Part shown: piece by piece, positions 53,137-64,000 of the stretch
Position numbering within the stretch: position 1 is the stretch's first letter
Layout: each line of letters opens with the position of its first letter
Assembly (NCBI RefSeq): GCF_964204645.1
Contig: NC_134027.1
Span: forward strand, 5,302,485-5,366,484
Length of the DNA stretch: 64,000 nt
Source of the DNA: Tubulanus polymorphus
Taxonomy: Eukaryota; Animalia; Nemertea
Reading direction: 5' to 3'
Made by a program: the position numbers and the translations under genes
Notes under the pieces: model-generated
Database searches by the model: none
What the model was told of the DNA's origin: nothing
Seen by the model: the letters and a program-made list of their open reading frames with translations, nothing else

Positions 53137-54600
53137 ATGAATGGTTGCGTTATCAAGAACAGTCCAATCGCTGTTGACTTTTGGATAGTCCGGAAACTAC
53201 CAGCGCATATTCGATTTTTCTTCTTGAGCCATGCGCATGGCGATCATACAAGCGGCCTACGATCGTCTTGGTCGAACAAAATTTACTGTTCAGCGACTAC
53301 CGCAAAAATTGTGCGTCACAAGTATGATATCGATGAAAAATACCTCCATCCACTATCGGTCGGAGAAAGTCATATTATTCGTATCAATGATAAACCAATT
53401 GAGACAATGACAGTTTCTTTGATCGATGCGAATCACTGCCCCGGGGCGGTCATGTTTTTATTCGATGCATACTTTGGTCGTGTTTTATATACCGGTGATT
53501 TTCGATATACTGAAGCAATGTTTGGAGTTGACAGTCCATTGAGTAGCTCTCCGCAAATTGACACGCTATATTTGGATAATACGTACAACGATATCAAGTG
53601 TAAATTTCCGAAACGTTCTGTGGCGAAACGTGAAGTTTTGAAGTTGGTAAATGAGCATTCAAATTCGCGACGTGTTATTGCTATGAATGATATCGGCAAA
53701 GAGGATCTCATCGAGGAAATTGCCAAGCAGACAAATGAAAGGATTCATATTGCTGCTCATCGGTACGAGCTCTATCAAGCTATAGATTTACCGGATATAT
53801 TTACGATCGATGAATTTTATCATTGCGTTAGTTTAGTGCCAAAATGGAAAGTAAGCGTAAAAGCAATAGAAAACTGGAATCGTGAACAACGCACAATTGT
53901 AATTTATCCTACCGCATTGTTTGAAGGCTTAGATTGCAATCTGTTTTCAAAATGTTCAGAATTCGTTCATATTGTTGCATTCTCAGATCATAGCTCGTAC
54001 GATGAACTTCATCAATTTGTCCAACGCGTAAAACCCAAGGAAATAATACCAATCGTAAATTATGAAAAGTCAGTTTACGGAGTGGACTGTAGACAACGCG
54101 CTAATACGGATTGTTTCAAACAGTATTTGGATCCTCGACCGCAAAGAGAATTCTTTACACCGGCATTCATGTACGAACCGCAAGTCCGAATTAGTGTCCA
54201 ACAGCAAAATACCAAGAAGACATTGATGAAAGTCAAAATGAGGGGCAAACGACGATCACATCCACCGAAAGGAATTGTATACGGCACTCCAGAGAAGATT
54301 CCTCAAACTTGTCTTACAGTTTCAATTAATACTCCTGACAAAGTTCCTGTTGTTCTGGATCATGAATCAGTTGCTGATCGGCACATCACTCCACCGCCAA
54401 GAGTTAAAGTCAATATACAAACATTTTTTAAAGGTAGTAAAATTGACCGAATCAAATCTGTAAATGATGACAATTTCATGGACCCTGCCGAGAGCAAAGC
54501 ACCGACTCTTATTTCTAAAATCGATGAGTTGGTACCATTCATTGTATCTGAACCAACAATTATTAAGCATTATGAATCACTGTGCTTACTGAGGAAATAA
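53137..54600 (+). CDS. DCLRE1B: 5' exonuclease Apollo / SNM1B (MBL plus beta-CASP), single coding exon
   Basis: MNGCVIKNSPIAVDFW, FFLSHAHGDHTSGL (HxHxDH), DANHCPGAVMFLF, LYTGDFRY, LYLDNTY, FSDHSSYDEL. Confidence 0.92.
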   Translation: MNGCVIKNSPIAVDFWIVRKLPAHIRFFFLSHAHGDHTSGLRSSWSNKIYCSATTAKIVRHKYDIDEKYLHPLSVGESHIIRINDKPIETMTVSLIDANHCPGAVMFLFDAYFGRVLYTGDFRYTEAMFGVDSPLSSSPQIDTLYLDNTYNDIKCKFPKRSVAKREVLKLVNEHSNSRRVIAMNDIGKEDLIEEIAKQTNERIHIAAHRYELYQAIDLPDIFTIDEFYHCVSLVPKWKVSVKAIENWNREQRTIVIYPTALFEGLDCNLFSKCSEFVHIVAFSDHSSYDELHQFVQRVKPKEIIPIVNYEKSVYGVDCRQRANTDCFKQYLDPRPQREFFTPAFMYEPQVRISVQQQNTKKTLMKVKMRGKRRSHPPKGIVYGTPEKIPQTCLTVSINTPDKVPVVLDHESVADRHITPPPRVKVNIQTFFKGSKIDRIKSVNDDNFMDPAESKAPTLISKIDELVPFIVSEPTIIKHYESLCLLRK

Positions 54601-54814
54601 GAATTAATCATTCTTGGTGGTACAAATGTACACGTTGCAAAAATAGCAAAAAATAAATTTAGCACTTTTTCATAAATTTTATTGATTGTCTATTTTATTG
54701 TTTCTCCAAGATATCTATTTGGATAATGTGTACAAAAAAGAAATGAAATCTATTTACAATCTATTTTACAACATTTGTATAAAATGCAGCCCAGAGAACT
54801 AAGCGCGTAACTGT

Positions 54815-56896
54815 CTATGATGAAGTGGCAGCATTAGCAGCTTCTTCCTCTTGTAAAACCTCCTGATATTGCATTCTCCAATGTTCAAGATGAATGTCAT
54901 CTCCATAAATCTGTCGAGGAAAATGATGTCATCAATATCACGAATTGAATGAGCCGAAAGGATAAGTACAGATATGAATACCTACCCTGCATACAAATTG
55001 TAAAACTTTTCTCTTCGTTGTTTCCAATGCTGCACGTGGTCCCCATTTGAGTTCATAACTAGGAGGATCGCTTTGAGGATTTCTGATGTACTCGATATAA
55101 GCCTGACGAACAAATTCCTGCGTAATCAGCTTCTTGATATCCCCGAAAACGAGATGAGTTTTTCTAAAACAGGGGATGTAATAAAATTTGTTTATTCATA
55201 AAATGGTGGATACATTTGTGTTGAGAGTGCAAAATAATCACCGAAGAGATGATAAATACCATACTTACTCTATATCTAATCCAAGCTTTTTCAATGTATG
55301 CCACATAAGAGCTAAAATATGATGGGGAAAAAAGCTGTAAGAAGGATTACGGGAAAACTGGGAGATGAAAGATTGATACTTACTATCTGGTGCCACATTA
55401 CCATTCATGAATATAATACTTAGTACGATCAATAATAGACCAGTTTTCTGGTGGTCTTCATCAGACCTTAATGAGATGGCAAAAAATCACATATTACACT
55501 TTTCATCAAAACAACAATAATCGGTACATAATTCTGTAGATCAATACTTTACCATTTTAAATGCGTTTTGTCTTGGTCTGGATCCGTCCAAAATCGATTC
55601 ACTAAAATGTAGCTTTTCTGTTTACTAGAATCTACTTCTAATACATCAATTCCGAACACCTATGATATGAAATCAGTAACGAGTCTCAATTTGATTATAG
55701 CACAATGAAAACCAGAGAATGGAATATTGGCACTCACCAGATGTAGCATAACAAAACACAGGGTTATTCATAGTGAAATTCAGTTCATTTCATTATTATC
55801 ACTTCAAATGAAATTTGAATGTGATTTTTAGGCTTCCAAATCCGAAAATAATCAAACGAGTCATTGCATAGATATAAGATTCGTTTCTCTCAAGTGTGTT
55901 GTATTGATTTCGCTGAAAATTGATTTATTGATGAGAAATTTAATTCGAACTTAATTGGAATGTAGAAGAAATTGAAGTGCTGTAACCCAGTGCCACTAGC
56001 AATCCTAGCGGATTATCGCTGAATCCTCGCTTGCCACTCCAGTGTTGCCAGTATCCCATTGTGAAAGTACCTACATTTTTCAACCTTTGCTTAGCTTGAA
56101 GAAACATGGCATCAAAACCACGACTTTGCTCCTTTAGAATATTTTTGTTGATCTCTACAAACAACAAGAAGAGGGAAGAAATCATTCAAATTTTCGATTA
56201 CAATATTTAAAAAAAACTTCTATGCAACTAAAATCATCTCAGAGTAGTATTTACCAAGTTTTTTTATTGGAATTCTTTTGCTGTCCATTATCAACATATA
56301 TTGAACTATCTCATTTATCTGAAAAAAAATTAACAAACAGACAGCTGATTATCAATGTTGACTTGCAATTCCAGACCACTCGAATCCAATTTCGGTGACG
56401 GCCGGTGGTCGTAAATTATGCATACCCTTCTTTCTACTTCTTCCTGGCTAAAAGATGCAATTGCTCGTTCTGCTTGGGTAAGCGATTGACTTTGTAATGT
56501 ATCCTCATCATCATCCTGCAAGGAACGAATAGTCACGTTTCATTTTTGGGTAAAAGTGCAGATCCGCACCTCTCGTGATTGACGCAATCTACTGAATGGC
56601 AGAATCCAGGCTTAAAATCTTTCTAGTGAAGATTTAAAATCAACCAATGGCAATGTACTGAATTGCTGATGACATTTTGAATCTGAAACAATGATATTTA
56701 ATGTAATTGATTGAACCGTTTACACGGAGAGGTGCGGATCTGCACTTTTACCCATTTTTGATAATTTCGTCGGACGATTGTGGTAATTAGTACGTCAAAT
56801 CAGCAGTGGAAAAAGAATTAACCTGTTTTTGCCTCACATTTCTATTACACTTACTGAATTTTGCGTAGCTTGCGTTGATTTCTTTTGTCTTGGCAT
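54815..56896 (-). CDS. NSMCE3: MAGE-homology-domain protein NSE3 (SMC5/6 subunit), about 9 coding exons
   Basis: Assembled translation includes [31 protein letters not shown]...[81 protein letters not shown]. Confidence 0.92.
56547..56754. repeat. Inverted repeat pair (about 30-bp arms) in NSE3 intron 1
   Basis: TGGGTAAAAGTGCAGATCCGCACCTCTC and its exact reverse complement at about 56727-56754. Confidence 0.85.
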
Positions 56897-57702
56897 GGTC
56901 ACAGATTTGAAGGCCGGACAGAACTCCTGGACCGCTTTAAATTTGTCTTTAAAACACTGCGCCAACAGTTGTACTCACTTACCAATTCAATATAACATTA
57001 TTACACGTTCTTGCCGAGGGTTGCTCCAATTCAACACTACCACTGGCAAGTGAGTGTTTAAGCACAGGATGGGAAAACGGCCGTCTCCGTACTCGCCGTG
57101 TACCTGACATTCATACCTACATTGATTTTTGAAACAATCACCTGGACAGATTCAGATTTGATTTAGGAAGCGTGACCATTTTGTATTGATCGAGTGACCA
57201 AAAAGAACTGACAATAAACAAAGCAGTGGAATAATTGTGTTATGATTATAATTTTTATTGCATAAAATGTGATAAATGTTCACATTAAAAATACCTGCAG
57301 TGCAAAAGGTGTTCATTAGGTTCCATTCAAGATTTTAACAATTCATCTAAGCATTCCAACAATATCACAGTGTCCATAGCGCATGTATATGTATATATAG
57401 TATATAGATATTCTTACCATTATTCAGAGGTAACAAATTACGTCTATAGCATTAATTCGAAATCATCTTAATACATGTATCATCCTACAAAGCAGCTTGC
57501 TTAGGGTTGCCTATATTGAGTAAGCCAACATTGCATGCAATGTAACAGTGCATGAAAAGGAGGATCAATTAACATGCAAACAACACCAAAAATCCAATAG
57601 TTGATTACTTATAATAATAAGACATCACAAAATAGTTGATCATAATAAGTAAAGCATCTAAATAAATATCTGAAGCACATCATTTCCTTGGGGGTTTTCA
57701 AT

Positions 57703-60472
57703 CTAAGCTGCCACTTTCAAAAGATAATCGTTGCAATTGACTTTGTCACACAAATTGGTATTGCAGCTGTCTTTCACTGGCATATTGCAGAATTCACAGT
57801 TTGGAGGACAAACAGGCGTGGTCAACTCTAGACCATTTGACAACCAGGTATCAATGACCGCGTCCACAAACCTAGAATCGAGTGAGAACATTTAAACATT
57901 TGATCTTGATGAAAAGTTGATTGTAATCCTATGGTAGGTACAGAGTCTCAGTTACTTACTTATTCATCATTTCAAATGAATGATGAGGCGATGGAGCCAA
58001 GCGAAGACGTTCTTCACCAAAAGCAACAGTCGGATAATTAATAGCTTGCACGTAGATACCGAACTTATCCATCAGATCATTCGATAGCTTTGTACTCAAT
58101 GCAGGATCACCAACCTGTGTGTATATATATAAAGCTATGTTAAGTTCTACCCATTGTCTGAGGGCCGGGGCATTGTTGCATTAACAATATATTGCTGATT
58201 ACTTACATGAATTGGAATTATATGACTGGGGCAGTGAATGACAGGAATTCCAACGTCCAACAGTCGTGCTCGAATGTACTTCACATTTAGCTGCTGTAGA
58301 CGTCGCAGCTCTTTTCCTGTTTCACCTTTCAAAATCTACAAATCATCAATACATTGATTTTCAGTTGAAAATTGTTAATTAATTTCTCTGGATAGTCACT
58401 ACGCCCGTCCAGCGTTTAAACATACCCGAACAGATGCTAATGCACCGTACAAAACAGTTGGTGGCAACGAAGTGGTAAAAATGAATCCAGAACAGTAACT
58501 TCTCAACATATCAATCAAAGCCGCTGATCCTGCTATGTAACCTCCTATGTTACCGAAAGCCTTACCTAGTGATAAGAAAAGAGACGCCATAAACAATCTA
58601 TTTAACATACATCGTTAGTAAAGTCAATTTTCAAATTACATACCAAGCGTTCCTGAAATGATATCCATTTGATCTAATAAGCCATCACGTTCACCAATAC
58701 CAGCTCCGGTTTCACCATACATACCAACAGCATGCACCTCATCTATGAATGTAATGGCTCCGTATTTATGAGATACGTCCAACATCTCTTTCAATGGGCA
58801 GATCATGCCTATAATACAAGAAAATCAATTTGTTTCATTCCGTCTCGATATTCAAAACGAATTTCATGAATGAAACGCACCGGTCATAGAATGAACTGTC
58901 TCAAAGGCAACTATTTTCGGCACATCTACATCAACTTTCTGCAACATCTCTTCCAGATGAACTGGATCGTTATGCTTGAAAATATGCTTGGGAACGTTAC
59001 TGCTTCGAATCCCTTGAATCATTGATGCGTGATTCCCAGCATCAGAGAAAATATGGCATCCTGTAACGTTATTAAGACAATATTCATACATACAATTATG
59101 ACCGTTGCAACCAATTGAAAGATAGATGCTAGATTTCAAGCTGAAAAACACTCACCAGGAAGGGATTTAGCCATTGTATGAAGAGTTGTATCATTAGCAA
59201 CATAACATGAAGTGAAAAGCAGAGCCGCTTCTTTCTGATGAAGATCAGCTAACTCACGTTCTAACTCCTCATGCATCGGCGTGTTACCCGAAATATTTCT
59301 TGTTCCACCCGATCCTGAACCATGCTTATTCACTGCTTCCCTGAAAATGTAAAAGGGTTTTATTATCTAACTGTAAATTGAACATTCTCTAAACGCAATG
59401 GTGTCAAATGACGTCAAACAACTATGGCAATGGGAATGAGTCCATGGTGATATCTTTACTTACACAACAGCTTCTTTAACAGCGGGATGCCAACTCATAC
59501 CAAGGTAGTCATTACTACACCACACTGAAATATCCTTCGTTTTGCCAGAATGCTCCTCAGCAAATGGGAAACGACTGGCATCACGTTTTACTTTCTTGAA
59601 CACACGGTAAGTATGATCCTTCTTCTTCAGGTCGATTTTATGCTGGAAAAACTTATCGTAATCAAAAATTCCAGATTCGCCACCACTGAATCCACTGCCA
59701 CCATCCCCCTTCTTTATGAAATCGAGAGGTATTGGTGGAGGTACAGAAGCGGAGGACTGTTGACCTGTAACTGCTCCTGAAAACAGACAGAATACAGTTA
59801 ACAATACGGTCAAACGAAATATACCGGTAATCAAAATTTTACAAAAAGCAAACCTGTCATATCAACTTGATTATCAAGCGCTTTGGTCCCTAGCTCTACA
59901 TTGTTCCCGGAAACTGGGCAAGCCACAGATTCATCTACAGGTTAGAATAAAGAAGGCAATTTATGCAAAATTCTTTTAGGTTACCTCGATTTTTACTCAA
60001 AATAGAAATGAAATGTTCATAACGCAAGCGCCTTAGGGACGTAACTATCAAATGAAAATCATTGAGGTTATTCTGAATTTGTAACTCAGAATAAACTAGT
60101 TTGTTGGCGGATTTACTTGTTACTTTATCCAAAGAAGATTTCACAGTAACATCATCAACAACAGTAGTCACTTTCATTTTGTCGGATAGAAATGGACATT
60201 TCCCAGACTGGTCCTTTTCAGCTGTAATGTATAAAATGATGATATCAAATCAGTGAAAATCTTCCCTAAAACAAACATATTTTCCAAAAAACATAGGCCT
60301 AACTCATTAAAATACCTTGCAGATTTGGAGAACTATCCGTCACGTATGAAGCATATTTGACCATATGCCCCATAATTGGACATTGGTCAACGTATTTCAT
60401 CACCGCTGTAGCATGTTGTCTCAGCATCGGCTTTGGGACAACATTTAGAAACGGGCATTTCAATACATTCAT
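57703..60472 (-). CDS. ALAS: 5-aminolevulinate synthase, mitochondrial; non-coding exon 1 at 63911 to at least 63990
   Basis: MNVLKCPFL...DQCPIM...GKCPFL (heme regulatory motifs), [48 protein letters not shown] (PLP lysine), and C-terminal CxxC. Confidence 0.97.
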
Positions 60473-60492
60473 TTTAAATCCTACAAAGAGAC

Positions 60493-61014
60493 AAAGATGA
60501 ACCAGTCTTTCCAGATAAAGATATCTTCAATGCACCAAATTCAATTGTATGACAGAAAGATCTTTGGTCAAGTATTGTTGTGGCATTAACAGAGATAACA
60601 TAATTATAGTAAGTCAATGAGGGTTCAATTGAGATCATTTACCATTCTAATCTATAAAATAGTAAATCACCTCTGCAGATATCACAGATTTCACTCAACA
60701 TCAGACAGTTCATTTCTAGTGCAGTATAAAAAAAGACAAATCAATAATTTAAAAAAAGAAAATTAGTTTAAAGATGAACCAGTCTTTTATATATCTTCAA
60801 TGCACCAGATTCAATTGTATGACAGAAAGATCTTTGGTCATGTATTGTTGTGGCATTAACTGAGAGAACATAATTATAGTAAGTGAATGAGGGTTCAATT
60901 GAGATCATTTACCATTCTAACCTATAAAATAGTAAATCACCTCTGCAGCTATCACAGATTTCACTCAATATCAGACAGTTCATTTCTAGTGCAGTAACAA
61001 AAAGACATCAATAA
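60493..61014. repeat. Tandem duplication of a unit of about 250-280 bp in ALAS intron 1
   Basis: About 60493-60748 and 60771-61014 are near-identical by eye. Confidence 0.9.
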
Positions 61015-62996
61015 TCAACCAAAAAAAAAAAGTTTCTACAAAATATCAATACAGAATAGATCCTTTTCTATAGGGAGGCCTGCCCATCAAACATTATCAA
61101 CAATTTTGTAACAACCTAAAAATCCTATATGAGGCAAATAGTACCTACCACAAAACTGATTCCAGACGATATAATGTCAGTTAATCAACCTATAGATCTA
61201 TAAACTAATGAATAGACTACTAGCAGGCCTATTAGAAACAGTCACCCCTAAATGCAATCTAAACTTATAATGACACATGAACTAATTTTGAACTTGCTAA
61301 CAAAAATATGTTTGTTAACGAAAATATATTTGTTGAGTCAAGCATAAGACACTAAGATTAATACAATTTTCAGCTCACAGAAGTTTCCACCAAAAACCTA
61401 AGCAAAAATAGTCTTTTCTTCAACAACTCTTCAGATGATATCTTTTTGAACATATTCTATTTCATTTCATAGCCCATACTCATAATCATAAAAAGCGTTA
61501 TGTGCAAGTTTTCTGTTGCTGTATGAATGTTGCAGCAGAACAGTATGAAATGTTTATTCTCAAAGGCAGATGTTCCCTATATTTCTTACATCCAAGATTT
61601 TGCTATAGGCTGCCACCTTTGTTTATGAATAGTAGTTAGATAGAAACTTCCACCCAGACAAATCTGTAGAATAAGTTCATGGATATCTTTCAAAATGATC
61701 ATTACTAGATATTTTGCCCAAAATACCAGAGAAGTTCAAGTGTCTGGTCACCTCAGATCTCATTTGGCTATTAGCATTTCTATACATGTATCATTCAAGT
61801 GGAAAAATCTTACGTTCTTATGGTCTGATCTGAGTTTAGACTATACAATTCATAGCATACGTTGGACAATTTCTAGGGTTAGAGAAGAGCGAATGTAGTA
61901 CAGTACAAAAATGGGTCACATTGTCTGTAACACCACAGACAGGTTACTGACTACAATCCCATTTGATAACAAATGTGCTACCCCTAAATAGACCAAAAAT
62001 TTGTTTGTTCGGCTTTACGTCGTTCAGATCTTGGTTTCCCAAAAGACTAATTGGATTATTCATTCGACCTGATGGCCTTTGAAGTGTTGCGCGCACGCAC
62101 ACTGTAAGCAGCCAGCATTCATTTCAGGTTCATTTTCTGAACCTTTGAATAAGCACAACTTTTGAATACAAAATAGTATGGTACTTGTATGAAAAATATG
62201 TTCAATAGAACAAAATATGTTAGGCCTACCCCTAAATAGACCAAAAATTTACGTTCCTATTTTCTGAACTTTGAATAAGAAATACTCACAAAATCTTCCT
62301 ATTGAATTCACTGAACCTTTGAATACAATAATAGTACAGTTCTTTTATGGAAAATGTGTTCAATAGAATCATTCACGATGGTTTAACATAATTCATGACA
62401 TTTGAATATCAGGATTATTTTATGATGTGCCCAAACTACTCGTATATACTTAAGGGAAATCATTCGAGAATGAATGATTGCAGTTAAAATCAAATTATTT
62501 GTTACTATATCAAAGCTCAAAAAGCCAGCTTAGTATAATAATAATTCATACAAAAATAGCAAAATGAATACAGGCATATGGTGCTGTCTGGCAAGAGCGC
62601 TAGATATTAGGGGCATGCCTCGCGTCTCATATGCAACACACAAATGCATACTGAACGTGCACAGTTGCACGTACCGTTAACTAGCAATATTTTCTGAATA
62701 TAAGTATCCAGGGATATGACGAAGAACACAAAAGACATGTCCCAGTAAGCCGGTCTATTTAAAAAACAAATTGAGGTTCAATCAGAAAACAACACTTTTT
62801 GTTTTAACTGCATCTACCCCTAAATAGATAGATAATGATGTCTGCTCGGATATGACTGACATCCCCAGTGGCCTAAATAAAACCTACTTATTAGTCCTGA
62901 TATTGAAAACAACATAATAATAATACCAACAAATCCCAGGGTCCTAGACAGAGTATAAAAATAAGACATAAAACGGAAGGAAGCTATCTACCTTCC

Positions 62997-63445
62997 TTTC
63001 AACCTGACTTAAGAGCATACCGGGTGGTCTAGCTTGGTCAGTTTTGATGGTACATACCTGATAAAAGTGTCATTAGGGCCAGAAAGGACTGGCAGTTGAC
63101 ATAATACATTGTCTTTTAATCCATTTTAGAATATATTGAAGGATATCAAAAAAGTATGCATTGAAAGGGGTTAATGAGAGGAAAAGAGACTCCATGGTTT
63201 GAAAGTTTAACAATATGTTTCCAATGCCTACCAACCGAAGTTTGGTGTGTAGGCATGAAAACATATTGTTAAAGCGGTGAAGTGAAGCCTTTTTGGATAT
63301 CCTTCAATACAGTTTCAAATGGATTAAATAATGATGTTTTAAGTCGACTACCGTCCTTTCTGGTCCTAATAAGACCTTTATCAGGTATGCACTACCAAAA
63401 ATGACTGAGCTAGGCGACCTGATGTGCTCTCAAGTCAAGTTGAAA
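62997..63445. mobile_element. Diverged MITE with about 100-bp inverted arms in ALAS intron 1
   Basis: About 62997-63100 is the imperfect reverse complement of about 63343-63445. Confidence 0.7.
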
Positions 63446-63960
63446 TAGACATTACCAGATTTTAACCACAGCATAATCCTAGTTGTCGCTCTGCTAAACA
63501 ATGCGGCCAATCCTCTAGAATAGTTGTGTAAGTATCGTTATAGTTTTCATGCTTATATTTGATAAGTTACTATCGTTACTATAGAAACCATATGCACTAC
63601 TTATTGATGAGAAAAATTGATTGTTAATAATCAAAAGGAATCACCGAAATAAATTGGGACCAGAACTGAGACTGACCATGTCCATATGTAGTTAGTTACC
63701 TAATCGTTGGTGGTAAGCTTTTTATAATCGGATGAGCTTATACCCTGTGGTTTGTGAAAATATCCGATCGTGAAACTAAACCACAGTCAGGTTACTGACT
63801 ACTAAGTACTATTAGTATTAGTCCATATGCTGACAAAAATGATTAAAACTGACAATTGATACAAATACAAGGAATTTGACAGTTTTTTTGTACCAATAAA
63901 TCAAGCCTACCTTTTGAAGTCAAGACTTAGAGGCTGTCGTTTTTACAGAGGAGCAGAGGA

Positions 63961-63990
63961 GCGTGTACCCTTCACTGAGAGCGACACTGC
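63961..63990 (-). promoter_or_regulatory. Iron-responsive element (IRE) in the ALAS 5' UTR
   Basis: Minus strand reads GC A GUGU C GCUCU CAGUGA AGGGU ACAC GC: CAGUGN loop, 5-bp upper stem, unpaired C and paired lower stem. Confidence 0.85.
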
Positions 63991-64000
63991 AATGAGGCCT

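Noticed and set aside
53433-54570. Antisense ORFs over DCLRE1B, and similar ones over fibulin, HNF4, the SNX16 exon and ALAS
   Set aside because: They are shadow ORFs of real coding exons with no independent evidence.
60493-61014. Direct repeats as a CRISPR-like array
   Set aside because: Only two long units with no spacers, in a eukaryotic intron.
62090-62120. Second CAGUGU on the minus strand in ALAS intron 1 as a possible IRE
   Set aside because: The flanks do not pair into a 5-bp upper stem, and the site is intronic.

Overview
Gene-dense, AT-rich animal genomic DNA with short GT-AG introns, probably from an invertebrate such as a lophotrochozoan (inference from gene content and architecture). 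It holds about 14 spliced protein-coding genes: the 3' end of an unidentified gene, fibulin-1-like, HSD17B10, Rab GDI, SNX16, HNF4, an orphan Pro/Arg-rich gene, a DUF4476/PROSER1-N-like gene that the ORF track misses, a FAM168-like gene, LRGUK, MRPS33, DCLRE1B (Apollo), NSMCE3/MAGE and ALAS. There is also a truncated CR1/L2-type LINE, many MITE-like inverted repeats and (TA)n tracts. No prokaryotic-type system, rRNA, tRNA or CRISPR array was seen. The most notable signals are RNA-level: a textbook iron-responsive element in the non-coding first exon of ALAS, tandem mutually exclusive fibulin-1C-like and 1D-like terminal exons, a 254-aa exon with an RVxF motif that splices in frame onto SNX16, a U12-type intron in LRGUK, and four candidate alternative first exons of HNF4. 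Exon boundaries were read by eye and need RNA-seq confirmation.
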